A stretch of DNA of 43,323 nucleotides from Acetatifactor sp. (GCA_029064505.1 JAIEKC010000635.1:1-43323), one strand, 5' to 3'. Positions 26,810-36,311 are shown, counted from the first letter of the stretch. The notes: generated by a model not told the origin, from the sequence alone. Numbers and translations are program-made.

Positions 26810-28513
26810 TCAAAAATTTACCACCATCTGCATCCCTGTCTTCAGCACGATCACCGCCACAGCGTAGAGCACGGACACTGATACCATGATCCTTTTCCAG
26901 ACACGCCCGCCGGTCTCGCTTTTTCCCGCGATCCTCTCCTGCAGCCCGGCGGCGGCAACCGCTGTCACAATGCAGCCAATATAGACCGGACACATGATAT
27001 AACGAACATTCATGGTACATACATGGGTATAGCGGATGCAAAATTTCAAATAAGAAAATACGCCCACTCCCGCCCCCGTAAGCAGGAAGATCTTCTGCCA
27101 CATTCTGCCATCCCTGAGAAACAGCCATACCACAGCCGCGATCGCCATCAGAATGAACAATACCGCATTTACCCAGAACATCCCTGTTCCCAAGACATTC
27201 GTCAAACCGCTGGACTGATAATAATAGCTCTCGCCAAAGGTAGCATATTTTATCAGGGTCACCGGTATATTATAGTCCGCAAAAAGATGTTCATAGTCCA
27301 TCCGCACTCCAAGAAATTCAAACGCATTTTCAAAATCAAAAAAGCGTGACCATTTGTCATGATTTCCGATGAACTGCAGAGAATCCTCGCTCAGATCTGC
27401 TATATATCCAATAGGCATCCGGTATCTGACAAAGCAATATACGGAATGCCACAGACCCAGAGGAAAGGCGATCAGGCCAAAACAGGTAAACTGTTTCAGA
27501 TATACCGTCCACTGCTTCCTGTCCTTCCATGCGCGGTGAAGCATCATGACCGCCATGGCAGGAGCGATCAGACCGGAGGAGACCTTAGCCATCATGGCAC
27601 AGCCAATACACAATGCCATGATCAGAATTCCCTTCATACCAGGCTTCTCATGCCATTTCAAAGTGTAGTAAATGCTCATGACCATCAGCATGATCGCTAA
27701 CGGATCATTATTCAGTGCCGCCCCAAGCATCACACTGTAAGGCAGAAACCCGGCAAAACACACAGCGGTCAGACGGCCCTCGGGGGAAAGCTTTAAATTC
27801 TTCCCGATCTTGTCAATATATACAATGGTTATCATGGAATATATCATGGGCAGGACCTGCAGGATTTCTTCGATATCCTCCCTTGCCGTGGGAAGAAGCC
27901 GAAAAAGTCCAAGCACCCGCAGATATATCGCGCTGATGGCATAATGCAGAGGCGGCTGGTAAAACTCATATGATTCGGTGGGATTTACATCCGGCAGCCT
28001 GCCGTCGGCGTACAGACGATAGACATACCCCAGATGTCCGAAGCAATCCGGATGAAAAATAGTCAGGTCATTCTGATACAGCAATGCCATCGTCAGCACC
28101 GTATAGAAGATCCTTATCATAAACGCCGCGAAGATCACCAGCATGATCACATTCTCCGTGACACCTTTCTCCACTTTCAGCAAAAACAGAAACGCCGCTG
28201 TCACGATCACTGCCAGCGTGATCCCCAGAACTGTTCTCAGACTGTCATTGACATTTTCCGTATTGCGGAGCAAACAGACACCCTGGATCATGCCGATAGT
28301 GAAAAACCCCATGCCGCTGCACTGCAGAACAGCTTTGCGCCTCTCCCATTCCGCCCTCTGCAGAAAAAGCACCCCGTTGTATGTAACGATCAGTGCCGTA
28401 AGCACAAAAAAGTGCATGGAACTCAGCTTGTAATCTTTAGTCTGTTCAAAAAACACTCCAACAAGAAGCGGCAGCACAACCGCTGCCACTATCAGTTTAT
28501 TTTCTCTCTTCAT
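26810..28513 (-). CDS. Integral membrane GT-C-fold glycosyltransferase (PMT-2/ArnT-like)
   Basis: Many TM; QND, GHLGYV, YEFYQPPLHY, LNNDPL, AK, NVRY; RBS AGGAG. Confidence 0.78.
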   Translation of the reverse strand: MKRENKLIVAAVVLPLLVGVFFEQTKDYKLSSMHFFVLTALIVTYNGVLFLQRAEWERRKAVLQCSGMGFFTIGMIQGVCLLRNTENVNDSLRTVLGITLAVIVTAAFLFLLKVEKGVTENVIMLVIFAAFMIRIFYTVLTMALLYQNDLTIFHPDCFGHLGYVYRLYADGRLPDVNPTESYEFYQPPLHYAISAIYLRVLGLFRLLPTAREDIEEILQVLPMIYSMITIVYIDKIGKNLKLSPEGRLTAVCFAGFLPYSVMLGAALNNDPLAIMLMVMSIYYTLKWHEKPGMKGILIMALCIGCAMMAKVSSGLIAPAMAVMMLHRAWKDRKQWTVYLKQFTCFGLIAFPLGLWHSVYCFVRYRMPIGYIADLSEDSLQFIGNHDKWSRFFDFENAFEFLGVRMDYEHLFADYNIPVTLIKYATFGESYYYQSSGLTNVLGTGMFWVNAVLFILMAIAAVVWLFLRDGRMWQKIFLLTGAGVGVFSYLKFCIRYTHVCTMNVRYIMCPVYIGCIVTAVAAAGLQERIAGKSETGGRVWKRIMVSVSVLYAVAVIVLKTGMQMVVNF

Positions 28514-28578
28514 AATGCTCCTGTCTGTATTATCTTAATTGATAACCGTTTTGCCACTGATGTGTAAACAGTAAACTT

Positions 28579-28607
28579 ATTTTAGCATTGAAGCCATATC
28601 CCGTCAA
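28579..28607 (-). promoter_or_regulatory. Sigma-A promoter for glycosyltransferase pair
   Basis: TTGACG-N17-TAAAAT with TGn extension on minus strand. Confidence 0.75.
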
Positions 28608-28636
28608 TAAATATATGGCCATTTTTCGGCATATTC

Positions 28637-28648
28637 GTAACAGTTCAG
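28637..28648. repeat. Copy of dispersed 12-mer GTAACAGTTCAG
   Basis: Identical to 3877-3888 and 20458-20469. Confidence 0.7.
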
Positions 28649-28754
28649 CCCTCGCCTCAGCGTCTGCTTCGCATCCGTCGCCGCAACGCGGCTTATCTTT
28701 TATTTCCGCGTGCAATGAGCTTGCTGACATATTTCATTTGGTATGCCCGTGTGC

Positions 28755-28796
28755 ACAAAAAACGGTACACCATATAGCCAGTGTACCGTTTCTTTT
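28755..28796 (-). terminator. Intrinsic terminator after DUF3048 gene (bidirectional shape)
   Basis: AAACGGTACAC-N10-GTGTACCGTTT with A/T tails. Confidence 0.8.
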
Positions 28797-28855
28797 ATAA
28801 ATTGTTAATGGATCCTGCAAGATCTCATATTTCCCGGTTCATGCAGCATACCTTC

Positions 28856-30052
28856 TTACTCATACTTGATAGAATCTGCCCATTTGTCCCAAATCTCACA
28901 TACAAAAGTCTTGCCCTGATTAAATACCAGTTCATTGCCATCCATATCGTAGTACTTGGCAGGCTTATCATCACCGTTCTTTCTCTCCCAATAGCCTTCC
29001 ACAACCTTGCCATTGGTAAAGAAGAACAATCTGCCGTCGCCGTTTCCGGGATGCTCTGCATCTCTGTGCATCTCCATAGCCAGATATCCATGGGTATCTC
29101 TTTCTTCCGCGTAGCAGACCTGCAGAACAACATTGGATACCTGAAGAGTCGTCCCGCTGTGCTCATCTCTCAGCTTGCTGCCGTACTCATAGTAGTCATA
29201 CAGATTGGTAGATGCATCATACTCAAAATACGCTCCCACGGTATTATAATTACCCTTTTCGCCGGGCCAGATCTTCGTAGCGCTCTTGGCATCATCATAA
29301 GTAGCTCTCGCACCGTCCGCCGCAAAGAGGAATTTGGGCTCGAAGGTGTCATCATAATCCCAATTATAGCCTCTGGTCTCAACGCCCTTCATCAGACCAT
29401 CCACAAACATATACGCGGAGTCTGTGCTATTGTAGCTTCCACCTCTGTTATATCTGTCGAAAGCGCCGGAGGTAGGTTTCGTAATACCCTGGGTCGACTG
29501 ACTGATATTGTCCACCTTATCGCTGTTCAGCAGGTCATTTGCATAGTACGCGGTACCCCAGTGACAAATGATCGCGTCATGCTCCAGACCCATATATACC
29601 ATGTAGTCACGAATACTCCTCACAGGTCCGATACGGTCCAGATCGTCAAAATCTTCAAATATACAGAACAGTCTGGTGAGATTGTCCCTCAGAGGTACCT
29701 GATAAATGATCCCTGCATTGGTAATACCGTAATGAGGGAGACAGCTCTTCTGGTTGGGAATGGAAACTCCGATAGGCCTTCTGTTGCCGATCGCCTCATC
29801 CACCCACTCACCTGTCAGGTAGCTCTGGATCATGCCATCCTTCACCACTCTCTCCGTGATGACCTGACCTTCCGGTTCCGGCTCCGGTGTCGTTGTCGCT
29901 TCGGGCGCAGGTGCGGGAGTAGCTGCGCTGGCTACAGACTGCGCTTCCAGCTCAACAGGACTGGAAGCAGTATCATCATTACCTTCATTTCCACATCCTA
30001 CAGCGAAAAGACTCATCGCTAATATGATTGCTGCTAATGCTTTCCTTTTCAT
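28856..30052 (-). CDS. DUF3048 (YerB-like) lipoprotein
   Basis: Signal MKRKALAAIILAMSLFAVGC (lipobox), Pro/Thr/Glu linker, YLTGE, RRPIGVSIPN, IGPVRSIR, HWG, FNQGKTFV. Confidence 0.88.
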   Translation of the reverse strand: MKRKALAAIILAMSLFAVGCGNEGNDDTASSPVELEAQSVASAATPAPAPEATTTPEPEPEGQVITERVVKDGMIQSYLTGEWVDEAIGNRRPIGVSIPNQKSCLPHYGITNAGIIYQVPLRDNLTRLFCIFEDFDDLDRIGPVRSIRDYMVYMGLEHDAIICHWGTAYYANDLLNSDKVDNISQSTQGITKPTSGAFDRYNRGGSYNSTDSAYMFVDGLMKGVETRGYNWDYDDTFEPKFLFAADGARATYDDAKSATKIWPGEKGNYNTVGAYFEYDASTNLYDYYEYGSKLRDEHSGTTLQVSNVVLQVCYAEERDTHGYLAMEMHRDAEHPGNGDGRLFFFTNGKVVEGYWERKNGDDKPAKYYDMDGNELVFNQGKTFVCEIWDKWADSIKYE

Positions 30053-30186
30053 AACAAATCCTTTCCTTTTGTAAACATTTTCTTCTATTTTATCCCCAAA
30101 TAGTGTATTTTGTCTATTTATTCGTGAAAATTTTTTTATTTTTTTTGTTTTATATGTCCAAACTCCTTCACTTTGCAAAACAATTA

Positions 30187-30215
30187 ATGACATTTTCCAG
30201 GGTTCATGTTATGAT
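30187..30215 (+). promoter_or_regulatory. Sigma-A promoter for small HPr-like gene
   Basis: ATGACA-N17-TATGAT with TGn extension. Confidence 0.55.
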
Positions 30216-30267
30216 TATTACAGTTCACAATCAATCATAAAGGTTGTCGGAAAGGAAGGGGTTTTCT

Positions 30268-30495
30268 ATGAAATTAAAAGAGGGGATTGATATTAATGAA
30301 TTTTTGGCTGTTGCGGACAAATGTGCCGGGCAGGTGTTTTTTCATACAACTGACGGCAGCATCCTGAATTTGAGATCCATGCTCTCACACTATGTACTTG
30401 TATCCATACTATGTAACAAATCCGTATTGGAGGATTCAAAGGTAGTGTGTACCCAGGATGATGACTATCAGCTGCTGAAGGACTATCTGGAATAA
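30268..30495 (+). CDS. Small HPr-fold-like protein (75 aa)
   Basis: FLAVADKCAGQVFF...DGSILNLRSMLS resembles HPr alpha1-beta2-beta3-NAKS; RBS GGAAGGGG. Confidence 0.7.
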   Translation: MKLKEGIDINEFLAVADKCAGQVFFHTTDGSILNLRSMLSHYVLVSILCNKSVLEDSKVVCTQDDDYQLLKDYLE

Positions 30496-30540
30496 GGTAT
30501 CCTTTCAGGCATGTCACCGAACTGCCATGGATAAATATTG

Positions 30541-31131
30541 TCAGGCCGTAAGATCATCCATTTCACGGTTGACACTCTCCTCGCAGGAACGCATGGCAAG
30601 GATCGTCTTCTCCAACAGTGTATCCAACTCCCAGCCCAATCTCTCCGCGCCGGCGGCTATCACTTCCCTGGAACAGCCCGCGGCGAACTTTTTGTCTTTG
30701 TACTTTTTCTTCAGGCTGGAGAGCTCCATATCCATTACACTCTTGGAGGGACGCATGCGGGCTGCCGCTCCGATCAGTCCTGTCAGTTCATCTGACGCAA
30801 ACAGGATCTTCTCCATTTCATGCTTCGGTTCCAGATCACAGCACAATCCGTATCCGTGACTGCATACAGAATATATCATTTCTTCCGACACACCGGCTTC
30901 CCGCAACAGCTCAGGTGCCTTGATACAATGCTGCTCCGGATAAAGTTCAAAGTCAATGTCGTGAAGCAGTCCCACAATCCCCCAATACTCCTCGTCCTCG
31001 CCGTTTCCGGTCTCACCCGCGAAATAGCGCATCACACCCTCCACCGTAAGCCCGTGCAGTATGTGAAAGGGCTCCTTATTATACTTTTGCAGAAGCTCCA
31101 ACGCTTCTTGCCTTGTGATCGTACTTTTCAT
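30541..31131 (-). CDS. HD-domain (HDIG-like) hydrolase
   Basis: HGLTVE, GLLHDIDF, SHG, ASDELTG, KFAAG; start MKSTIT after AAAGGCGG. Confidence 0.88.
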   Translation of the reverse strand: MKSTITRQEALELLQKYNKEPFHILHGLTVEGVMRYFAGETGNGEDEEYWGIVGLLHDIDFELYPEQHCIKAPELLREAGVSEEMIYSVCSHGYGLCCDLEPKHEMEKILFASDELTGLIGAAARMRPSKSVMDMELSSLKKKYKDKKFAAGCSREVIAAGAERLGWELDTLLEKTILAMRSCEESVNREMDDLTA

Positions 31132-31235
31132 TTTAATATTACCGCCTTTCTGTATTTTACCTGGAGCGTGTTCCGCGCACACAGGATAGATCAAAGCCCC
31201 CGCAGCCGGCTCCCGGTGCACTCTTCCCAGCACGC

Positions 31236-31538
31236 TTATATCACATAATCCAGACATACTCTGGACGCCGTATAGGGACGTACTTTGCCGTCTGCCACGG
31301 CCACATGCTCCGGATGTACGGCATAGCCTTTCAGGGAAGTCTCATCCTCAAAGGTGGAATCAAGCATCAGATCCGCATTGGAGCCGGGAAGCCCCTCCGT
31401 ATGGACTTTGATTTCCGTCAAACCGGGAATCCTGCCCGCAAGCCCCTCCAGGCCTTCTTTGATCCCCTTTTTTACAGATGCCTTTTCCTCCAGGGACAGG
31501 CTGTCCTTTAATGTCCATAAGATCACGTGTTTTACCAT
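31236..31538 (-). CDS. Dabb family (stress-responsive A/B barrel) protein
   Basis: MVKHVILW, IPGL, YAVHPEH, LDY; RBS GGAGGAG. Confidence 0.9.
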   Translation of the reverse strand: MVKHVILWTLKDSLSLEEKASVKKGIKEGLEGLAGRIPGLTEIKVHTEGLPGSNADLMLDSTFEDETSLKGYAVHPEHVAVADGKVRPYTASRVCLDYVI

Positions 31539-31868
31539 AAAATCTTACTCCTCCTTCTGTTTCCGCATTTTGTATGGATTGCCTGCGCGTTTCAGACAGA
31601 GTCCATTATATCATGTCAGCAGGAAATCAAGCGGCTGCGAAGCAGACATTTGATTTCACCTGGCATGATAACGAAAGAATCATTGAGTGCGGAGCGCGAC
31701 AGATGCGCAGCGTCCGGATTCTTGAGTGTATTATATCATAAGCTGCCTCCTTTTCCTACTGTCCGGCATACATTTATTCCTGCAGAAAACAGGTCAAAAG
31801 CAGCAGTTCAACGACCTGTCTGGACTGTTCCGGTCAAAACGCACAAAGTTTGGGCAAAGGCCGCCATG

Positions 31869-32471
31869 TCATGGCCTGTAATCCCATGCTATGCCATGTC
31901 CTCTGTTGGGGTTTACCGCACAGTAGGTGGCATCAAGAATAAAAACAAGCAGCAGGATACCACACAGGATCCGTCTCCGCCCGGGTGACATTTTGTGATA
32001 AATCCGCATATAGGCCGGCATCAGATAACAATTCAGCAGCATACCTCCCAGACCGAAACAGACCGCCCCCAGCAGGCAGATGCGCCCATTCAAATTCAAG
32101 GGGAATTCACTGTAGTCCCACCATCTCATGCCCCATTTCCACTCCAGAAAAACACTGGTCACATATTCCACGGCGGAACAGACTACCGCCGACAGAAAAA
32201 AGGTCAAGAGCTTCTGCTCATGCAGCCGGTGCAGCAAAAACCACAATAAAAGCCCCCCTGCGCCATAAATGGGCAGATAGGGGCCGAGACAGATTCCTCT
32301 GTTGATCCAGGCGTGCTCCGTTACCAGATAGATTGCCACCTCCCACAGCCAGCCGGCAAAGGAGATGATAAAGAAAAGGATCACATAAAAGTCAAAGGTT
32401 CTGATTGTTGAATGTATAAATCCGCTTTTTGTCTTCATGAACTTAGCTTGCCCAGAGTCAGCAGCTTCCAT
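31869..32471 (-). CDS. CmpB/TMEM229-like putative ABC transporter permease membrane protein
   Basis: FAGWLWE, NRGICLGPYLPIYGAG, RWWDYS, NLNGRICL; start may be 32438. Confidence 0.85.
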   Translation of the reverse strand: MEAADSGQAKFMKTKSGFIHSTIRTFDFYVILFFIISFAGWLWEVAIYLVTEHAWINRGICLGPYLPIYGAGGLLLWFLLHRLHEQKLLTFFLSAVVCSAVEYVTSVFLEWKWGMRWWDYSEFPLNLNGRICLLGAVCFGLGGMLLNCYLMPAYMRIYHKMSPGRRRILCGILLLVFILDATYCAVNPNRGHGIAWDYRP

Positions 32472-32489
32472 ACCACAGTCATGTTCTTC

Positions 32490-33314
32490 TTATATTTCCG
32501 ATCCGCCCGAAACACACTTCGCCTTGTCCAGTGCCGCATGCAGCCCGGTAAACAGTTCGCTGTAGCGCAGAGGTTTCAAAGGCAGGACAGTCACTGCAAC
32601 ATAAAGAAATAAAGGAATTTTGTGCTCTTCAAAGCGGAAAGATTCCCCGTTCTTTGCACGAACCTTTTCTGCGATCGCCTCCGCTTCATCGATGTCAGCA
32701 GTATTGGTCAGAATCGCAAATTCGTCTCCCCCGATCCGAAACACAACATCCTCTTCTCCCGCACTGTCACTGAGGCGTCTCATCGCCTCCAAAATTGCCA
32801 GATCTCCCGCCTTACGGGATATGTCATTGATGGGTACCAGGGACTTGATGTCTGCACACACAAAATAACAGTCTTTTCTTTCCCGAAATAAGTCGTATAG
32901 TTCACTGATATCAACCTGTTTCCTGCTTCTCATATAACAATCTCCTTCCTGCGTCGGCACACGCAGCCGGGGATATAGTTCGGAAAACTGATAGATCCCG
33001 TTAAATTCCGACGGATTACAGTTCCAGACCGACTTAAACGCCCGCCCAAAGGCCTCGTTGGAATTATATCCGCATAAAACCGCTAATTCCAACAGATTCT
33101 GGGAAGGATTTTCCCTTAATACCCTGGCTGCGTAGACCATTCTCCTGCGGATCATATAGTCCCGCACAGTTATTCCGTTGATACATTTGAAAAGCTTTTC
33201 CAAAGTGGATTTAGAGCAGTAACAATGTTCGGCAATGTCCTCCGTATGAATGTCGCTCGTCAGATTGTCTTCCATATATGTCAGTGCTGTCTGAAGAAGC
33301 TCCAGATTTTTCAT
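32490..33314 (-). CDS. AraC-family HTH fused to C-terminal GGDEF domain
   Basis: N-term YMEDNL...DIAEHCYCSKSTLEKLF...LAVLCGYNSNEAFGRAFKSVWNCNPSEF; C-term ADIKSLVPIND..AGD...FRIGGDEFAIL; start MKNLEL after AGGGAGGGG. Confidence 0.9.
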   Translation of the reverse strand: MKNLELLQTALTYMEDNLTSDIHTEDIAEHCYCSKSTLEKLFKCINGITVRDYMIRRRMVYAARVLRENPSQNLLELAVLCGYNSNEAFGRAFKSVWNCNPSEFNGIYQFSELYPRLRVPTQEGDCYMRSRKQVDISELYDLFRERKDCYFVCADIKSLVPINDISRKAGDLAILEAMRRLSDSAGEEDVVFRIGGDEFAILTNTADIDEAEAIAEKVRAKNGESFRFEEHKIPLFLYVAVTVLPLKPLRYSELFTGLHAALDKAKCVSGGSEI

Positions 33315-33465
33315 ACAAAGTTTCCCCTCCCTGTCTGCTCCGCAGGCTCTCCGAACCTCTTTGCGCCTGAATAAACCGCCTGTTCCACCTGTCACGATAT
33401 CGTAACTATATTGTAGCATATGGGAAAAAAATGTCCTGATATTTTGAGTAATTTTTGCTGCCGCT

Positions 33466-34239
33466 TTACCGTATCATCTCATCCACCACGGACCGGGCCT
33501 TTGCCGTCATCTCAACCCATGCAGGGCGAAAACCGCTTTTGATCGCATTTCTGACAGATCTTATATTGCACCATGCCGCGCAATAGAAGGGAACCTTACC
33601 CTCCTTTAATATTTCCAATGCCAGACGGCTGGTCAAAGCGGAGGCAATTCCTTTTCTCCTATATTCCGGAAGTACGTCCACTCCGATCTGCCACATGGTG
33701 TCACAATCCGCGGAACAGGCCGCGAATCCCACCAGAGCATTGTCATCATAGGCACCGATCCCCAACACATCCAGTTCCCTGCGCTTCTCACACAGGGCAT
33801 TGCTCCATTCCTTTTTATATAAGGAAGTAAAATCTTCCTGATGCAGAATCCTCAATTCATACCCACACCTTTGTTCCTGAAAGCAGTTCAGATCAGGCAG
33901 AAAATATTCCGCCATAAAGCATATCCTCAGCCCGTCCTCCTGCAATGCATCATTCAATACATGCATATTCGGTGTCTCAAAACAATGCTCCACCGGATAC
34001 CTGTTAATATACGATGCGGCAATTTCTCTGTATTCTTCCTGCACTGAGGCCACAATATTGTTTCCGTAGGAGATCAGATTGCATGGCAGCGGCAGCTCCA
34101 GATATTTCCTCGCTCTCTCATTTTTCTTTGATATCACCACCACATTCCGCTCCTCCATAAAATCGGCAGCGCTGCAGTTTGCATCTATGGCAGACTGCTC
34201 CATGGCGATCCCCAGTATTTCCTTATTCGTAAAATACAT
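33466..34239 (-). CDS. GNAT family N-acetyltransferase
   Basis: WQIGVDVLPEYRRKGIA (acetyl-CoA motif), PFY, NIRSVRNAIKSGF; start MYFTNK. Confidence 0.9.
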   Translation of the reverse strand: MYFTNKEILGIAMEQSAIDANCSAADFMEERNVVVISKKNERARKYLELPLPCNLISYGNNIVASVQEEYREIAASYINRYPVEHCFETPNMHVLNDALQEDGLRICFMAEYFLPDLNCFQEQRCGYELRILHQEDFTSLYKKEWSNALCEKRRELDVLGIGAYDDNALVGFAACSADCDTMWQIGVDVLPEYRRKGIASALTSRLALEILKEGKVPFYCAAWCNIRSVRNAIKSGFRPAWVEMTAKARSVVDEMIR

Positions 34240-34275
34240 ATCTTCCCTATTCCTCCCCTGTAATGTATCTGGTCT

Positions 34276-34304
34276 ATTATACAAAATCCAACCCATGATA
34301 TCAA
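34276..34304 (-). promoter_or_regulatory. Sigma-A promoter of GNAT gene
   Basis: TTGATA-N17-TATAAT on minus strand. Confidence 0.72.
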
Positions 34305-34361
34305 TAAGAGAAACTAAGGCTTGCGGTCCGCATTGGCACAAGTCATTTTCGGCAGAGTGCA

Positions 34362-36119
34362 CTATGCGTACCACTTCGCCTGCTCTTCCCAGATCCGGCT
34401 GTACTCCCCGTTCAGGGCCAGAAGCTCCTCATGCTTCCCACATTCCGCCACACGGCCGTCCTTCATCACAATGATCTTGTCCGCGCTGCGGCACATACCA
34501 ACCCTGTGAGAGATAATGACGGAAGTTTTGTCACGGATCATTTCTTTAAACTTGGAGAGAATATCATATTCCACCAAAGGATCCAGGGCACTGGTGGGTT
34601 CATCCAGAATGATGATGTCACTGTCCTTCCACAGCCCTCTGGCAATGGCTATCTTCTGCCATTGTCCCCCTGACAGCTCCCTGCCGCCAAATTCTCTGCC
34701 CAGCTGCATATCCAGACTACCGATATCCTTCAGGAATTCCGGTCCCGCCACCTGCCTCAGAAGCGTTTCCATGGCCTTCCCATCCTGCATCCGGTCTATA
34801 TCGCTGATACCTATATTCTCCCGCAGTGTAAACTGATAATGCACAAAGTCCTGGGGGACCACAGAAATGTGTCCGTACAGACTTCTCCTGTCCAGCTCCG
34901 ATGTGCTCTGTCCGTCATAGGAAATCTCCCCTGTCCGGGGCAGATATGCTCCCGTCAATAGTCTTGACAGAGTCGTCTTACCGGAACCGTTCTCTCCCAC
35001 GATCACCACATGTTCGCCCCTTGCGATGGAGCAGTTCACTCCCTTCAGGGCATTCTCCTCCGCCCCTTTGTAACGAAAAGTGACATCTTTCAGGGAAATG
35101 CTGTCCTGAAAAGGCCGGTACTGCCCGGTTCCATTCTGCTCCACCGGAATGGTAAAATAGTCATAATAATCTTCCGTGTACTGATAATAATCAAATATTC
35201 CTCCTGCCACATCCACCAGGCTCCGCAGGCTGGTCTGAAAGCTGGCAAATGCCATAAGACATGCCGCGAACTCTCCCACGGAAATCTGACCTTTTACCAT
35301 AAGATATAAAGTAGCCGCTATATTCAGAGCATAGAACAGATTTACGATACTGTCCGAGATCATTCCTTTTCTGTAAAGTCTCTGCTCCACTTCCTGGGAC
35401 TCTCTCACCAGAGTCACATTTTCTTCGCTCCACTTTTCTTTCAGATAGGCTGAAAATCCCATGGTGCGCATCTCTTTCACCGCTTCCTTCCGGGTAAACA
35501 GCTCCCACAGATATTGTACCTTCCGCCTTGACATGCTCTGCCGGCGTCTCAGCTTCACCCTCACATTTATCCCGTAAAGTTGTACCAGCAGACTTGGAAC
35601 GGCACCGGTCAGAGCTATGACAGGCAGCCATCCGGAATAGGATCCCACCACCGCCATGATACCCACACAGGTAGCCACACGCCCCAATACATTGAGTATG
35701 CTCATAAGCAGCGCTACAGTAGTGTTATTCTGCATGGCCCGTTCCGCCTTTTTAAACTGATCCAGTACCTCCGTGTCCTCCAGAGCCTCCAACCGGATCT
35801 GCTTGGAAAAGGCAAACATCTTCCTGCCGAAATACTGTTCTGACTTTACATCCAGCACCAGTTCCGCCCAACGGTTGACAGAATTGAGAAGGGGCGCTGT
35901 CAGAAGCAGGCCGGCAAAAAACGCGATTTCCGGCACAAGCTGCCGTCCTGCCCCTTCTGCCGCTCCCTCGACAACCTCCGCCAACACTGCAGGGCGCAGC
36001 ACTACGAATACATCATTCATGACCTCCAGCAATACCAGCAGGATCAGCATTGCGGGAAATGCCTTGAAACAATCCTGAAACACATACTTAAAATAGATAT
36101 AATTCTTCTTTTTATTCAT
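34362..36119 (-). CDS. ABC half-transporter (TMD+NBD)
   Basis: 6-TM N-terminus, GENGSGKT, LSGGQWQK, IILDEPT, ISHR; start MNKKKN after AGGGGG. Confidence 0.93.
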   Translation of the reverse strand: MNKKKNYIYFKYVFQDCFKAFPAMLILLVLLEVMNDVFVVLRPAVLAEVVEGAAEGAGRQLVPEIAFFAGLLLTAPLLNSVNRWAELVLDVKSEQYFGRKMFAFSKQIRLEALEDTEVLDQFKKAERAMQNNTTVALLMSILNVLGRVATCVGIMAVVGSYSGWLPVIALTGAVPSLLVQLYGINVRVKLRRRQSMSRRKVQYLWELFTRKEAVKEMRTMGFSAYLKEKWSEENVTLVRESQEVEQRLYRKGMISDSIVNLFYALNIAATLYLMVKGQISVGEFAACLMAFASFQTSLRSLVDVAGGIFDYYQYTEDYYDYFTIPVEQNGTGQYRPFQDSISLKDVTFRYKGAEENALKGVNCSIARGEHVVIVGENGSGKTTLSRLLTGAYLPRTGEISYDGQSTSELDRRSLYGHISVVPQDFVHYQFTLRENIGISDIDRMQDGKAMETLLRQVAGPEFLKDIGSLDMQLGREFGGRELSGGQWQKIAIARGLWKDSDIIILDEPTSALDPLVEYDILSKFKEMIRDKTSVIISHRVGMCRSADKIIVMKDGRVAECGKHEELLALNGEYSRIWEEQAKWYA

Positions 36120-36311
36120 ATTCAGCCCCCTGGATCCGATTCTTTTTCCATATCTTTTCGAATTTCCCGTATACCCGCACAGACGGCAAACACAATTCGT
36201 GTATCTTTCAGAAGAAAACGCGTCAACCGGGCACACTAAAGCGCGTCAGGAAATTCATTCCCCCAGTCCGCACACCCTGGGAAAAGCATTCCCCGGCAGA
36301 TTCAAAGCCGC

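Noticed and set aside
28781-30022. 413-aa + strand ORF
   Set aside because: Antisense shadow of the DUF3048 lipoprotein gene
30053-30193. Longer N-termini in the ORF track (also 5528, 14577, 19562, 31257, 33419, 34374, 36236, 38144)
   Set aside because: Downstream ATGs have proper RBSs and match domain starts; the extensions cross promoters or neighbouring genes
36120-36311. AgrD-like peptide or LytTR boxes between the ABC genes (CGCGTCA twice, 23-nt period)
   Set aside because: No RBS-linked small ORF; the repeat is short and no promoter is evident
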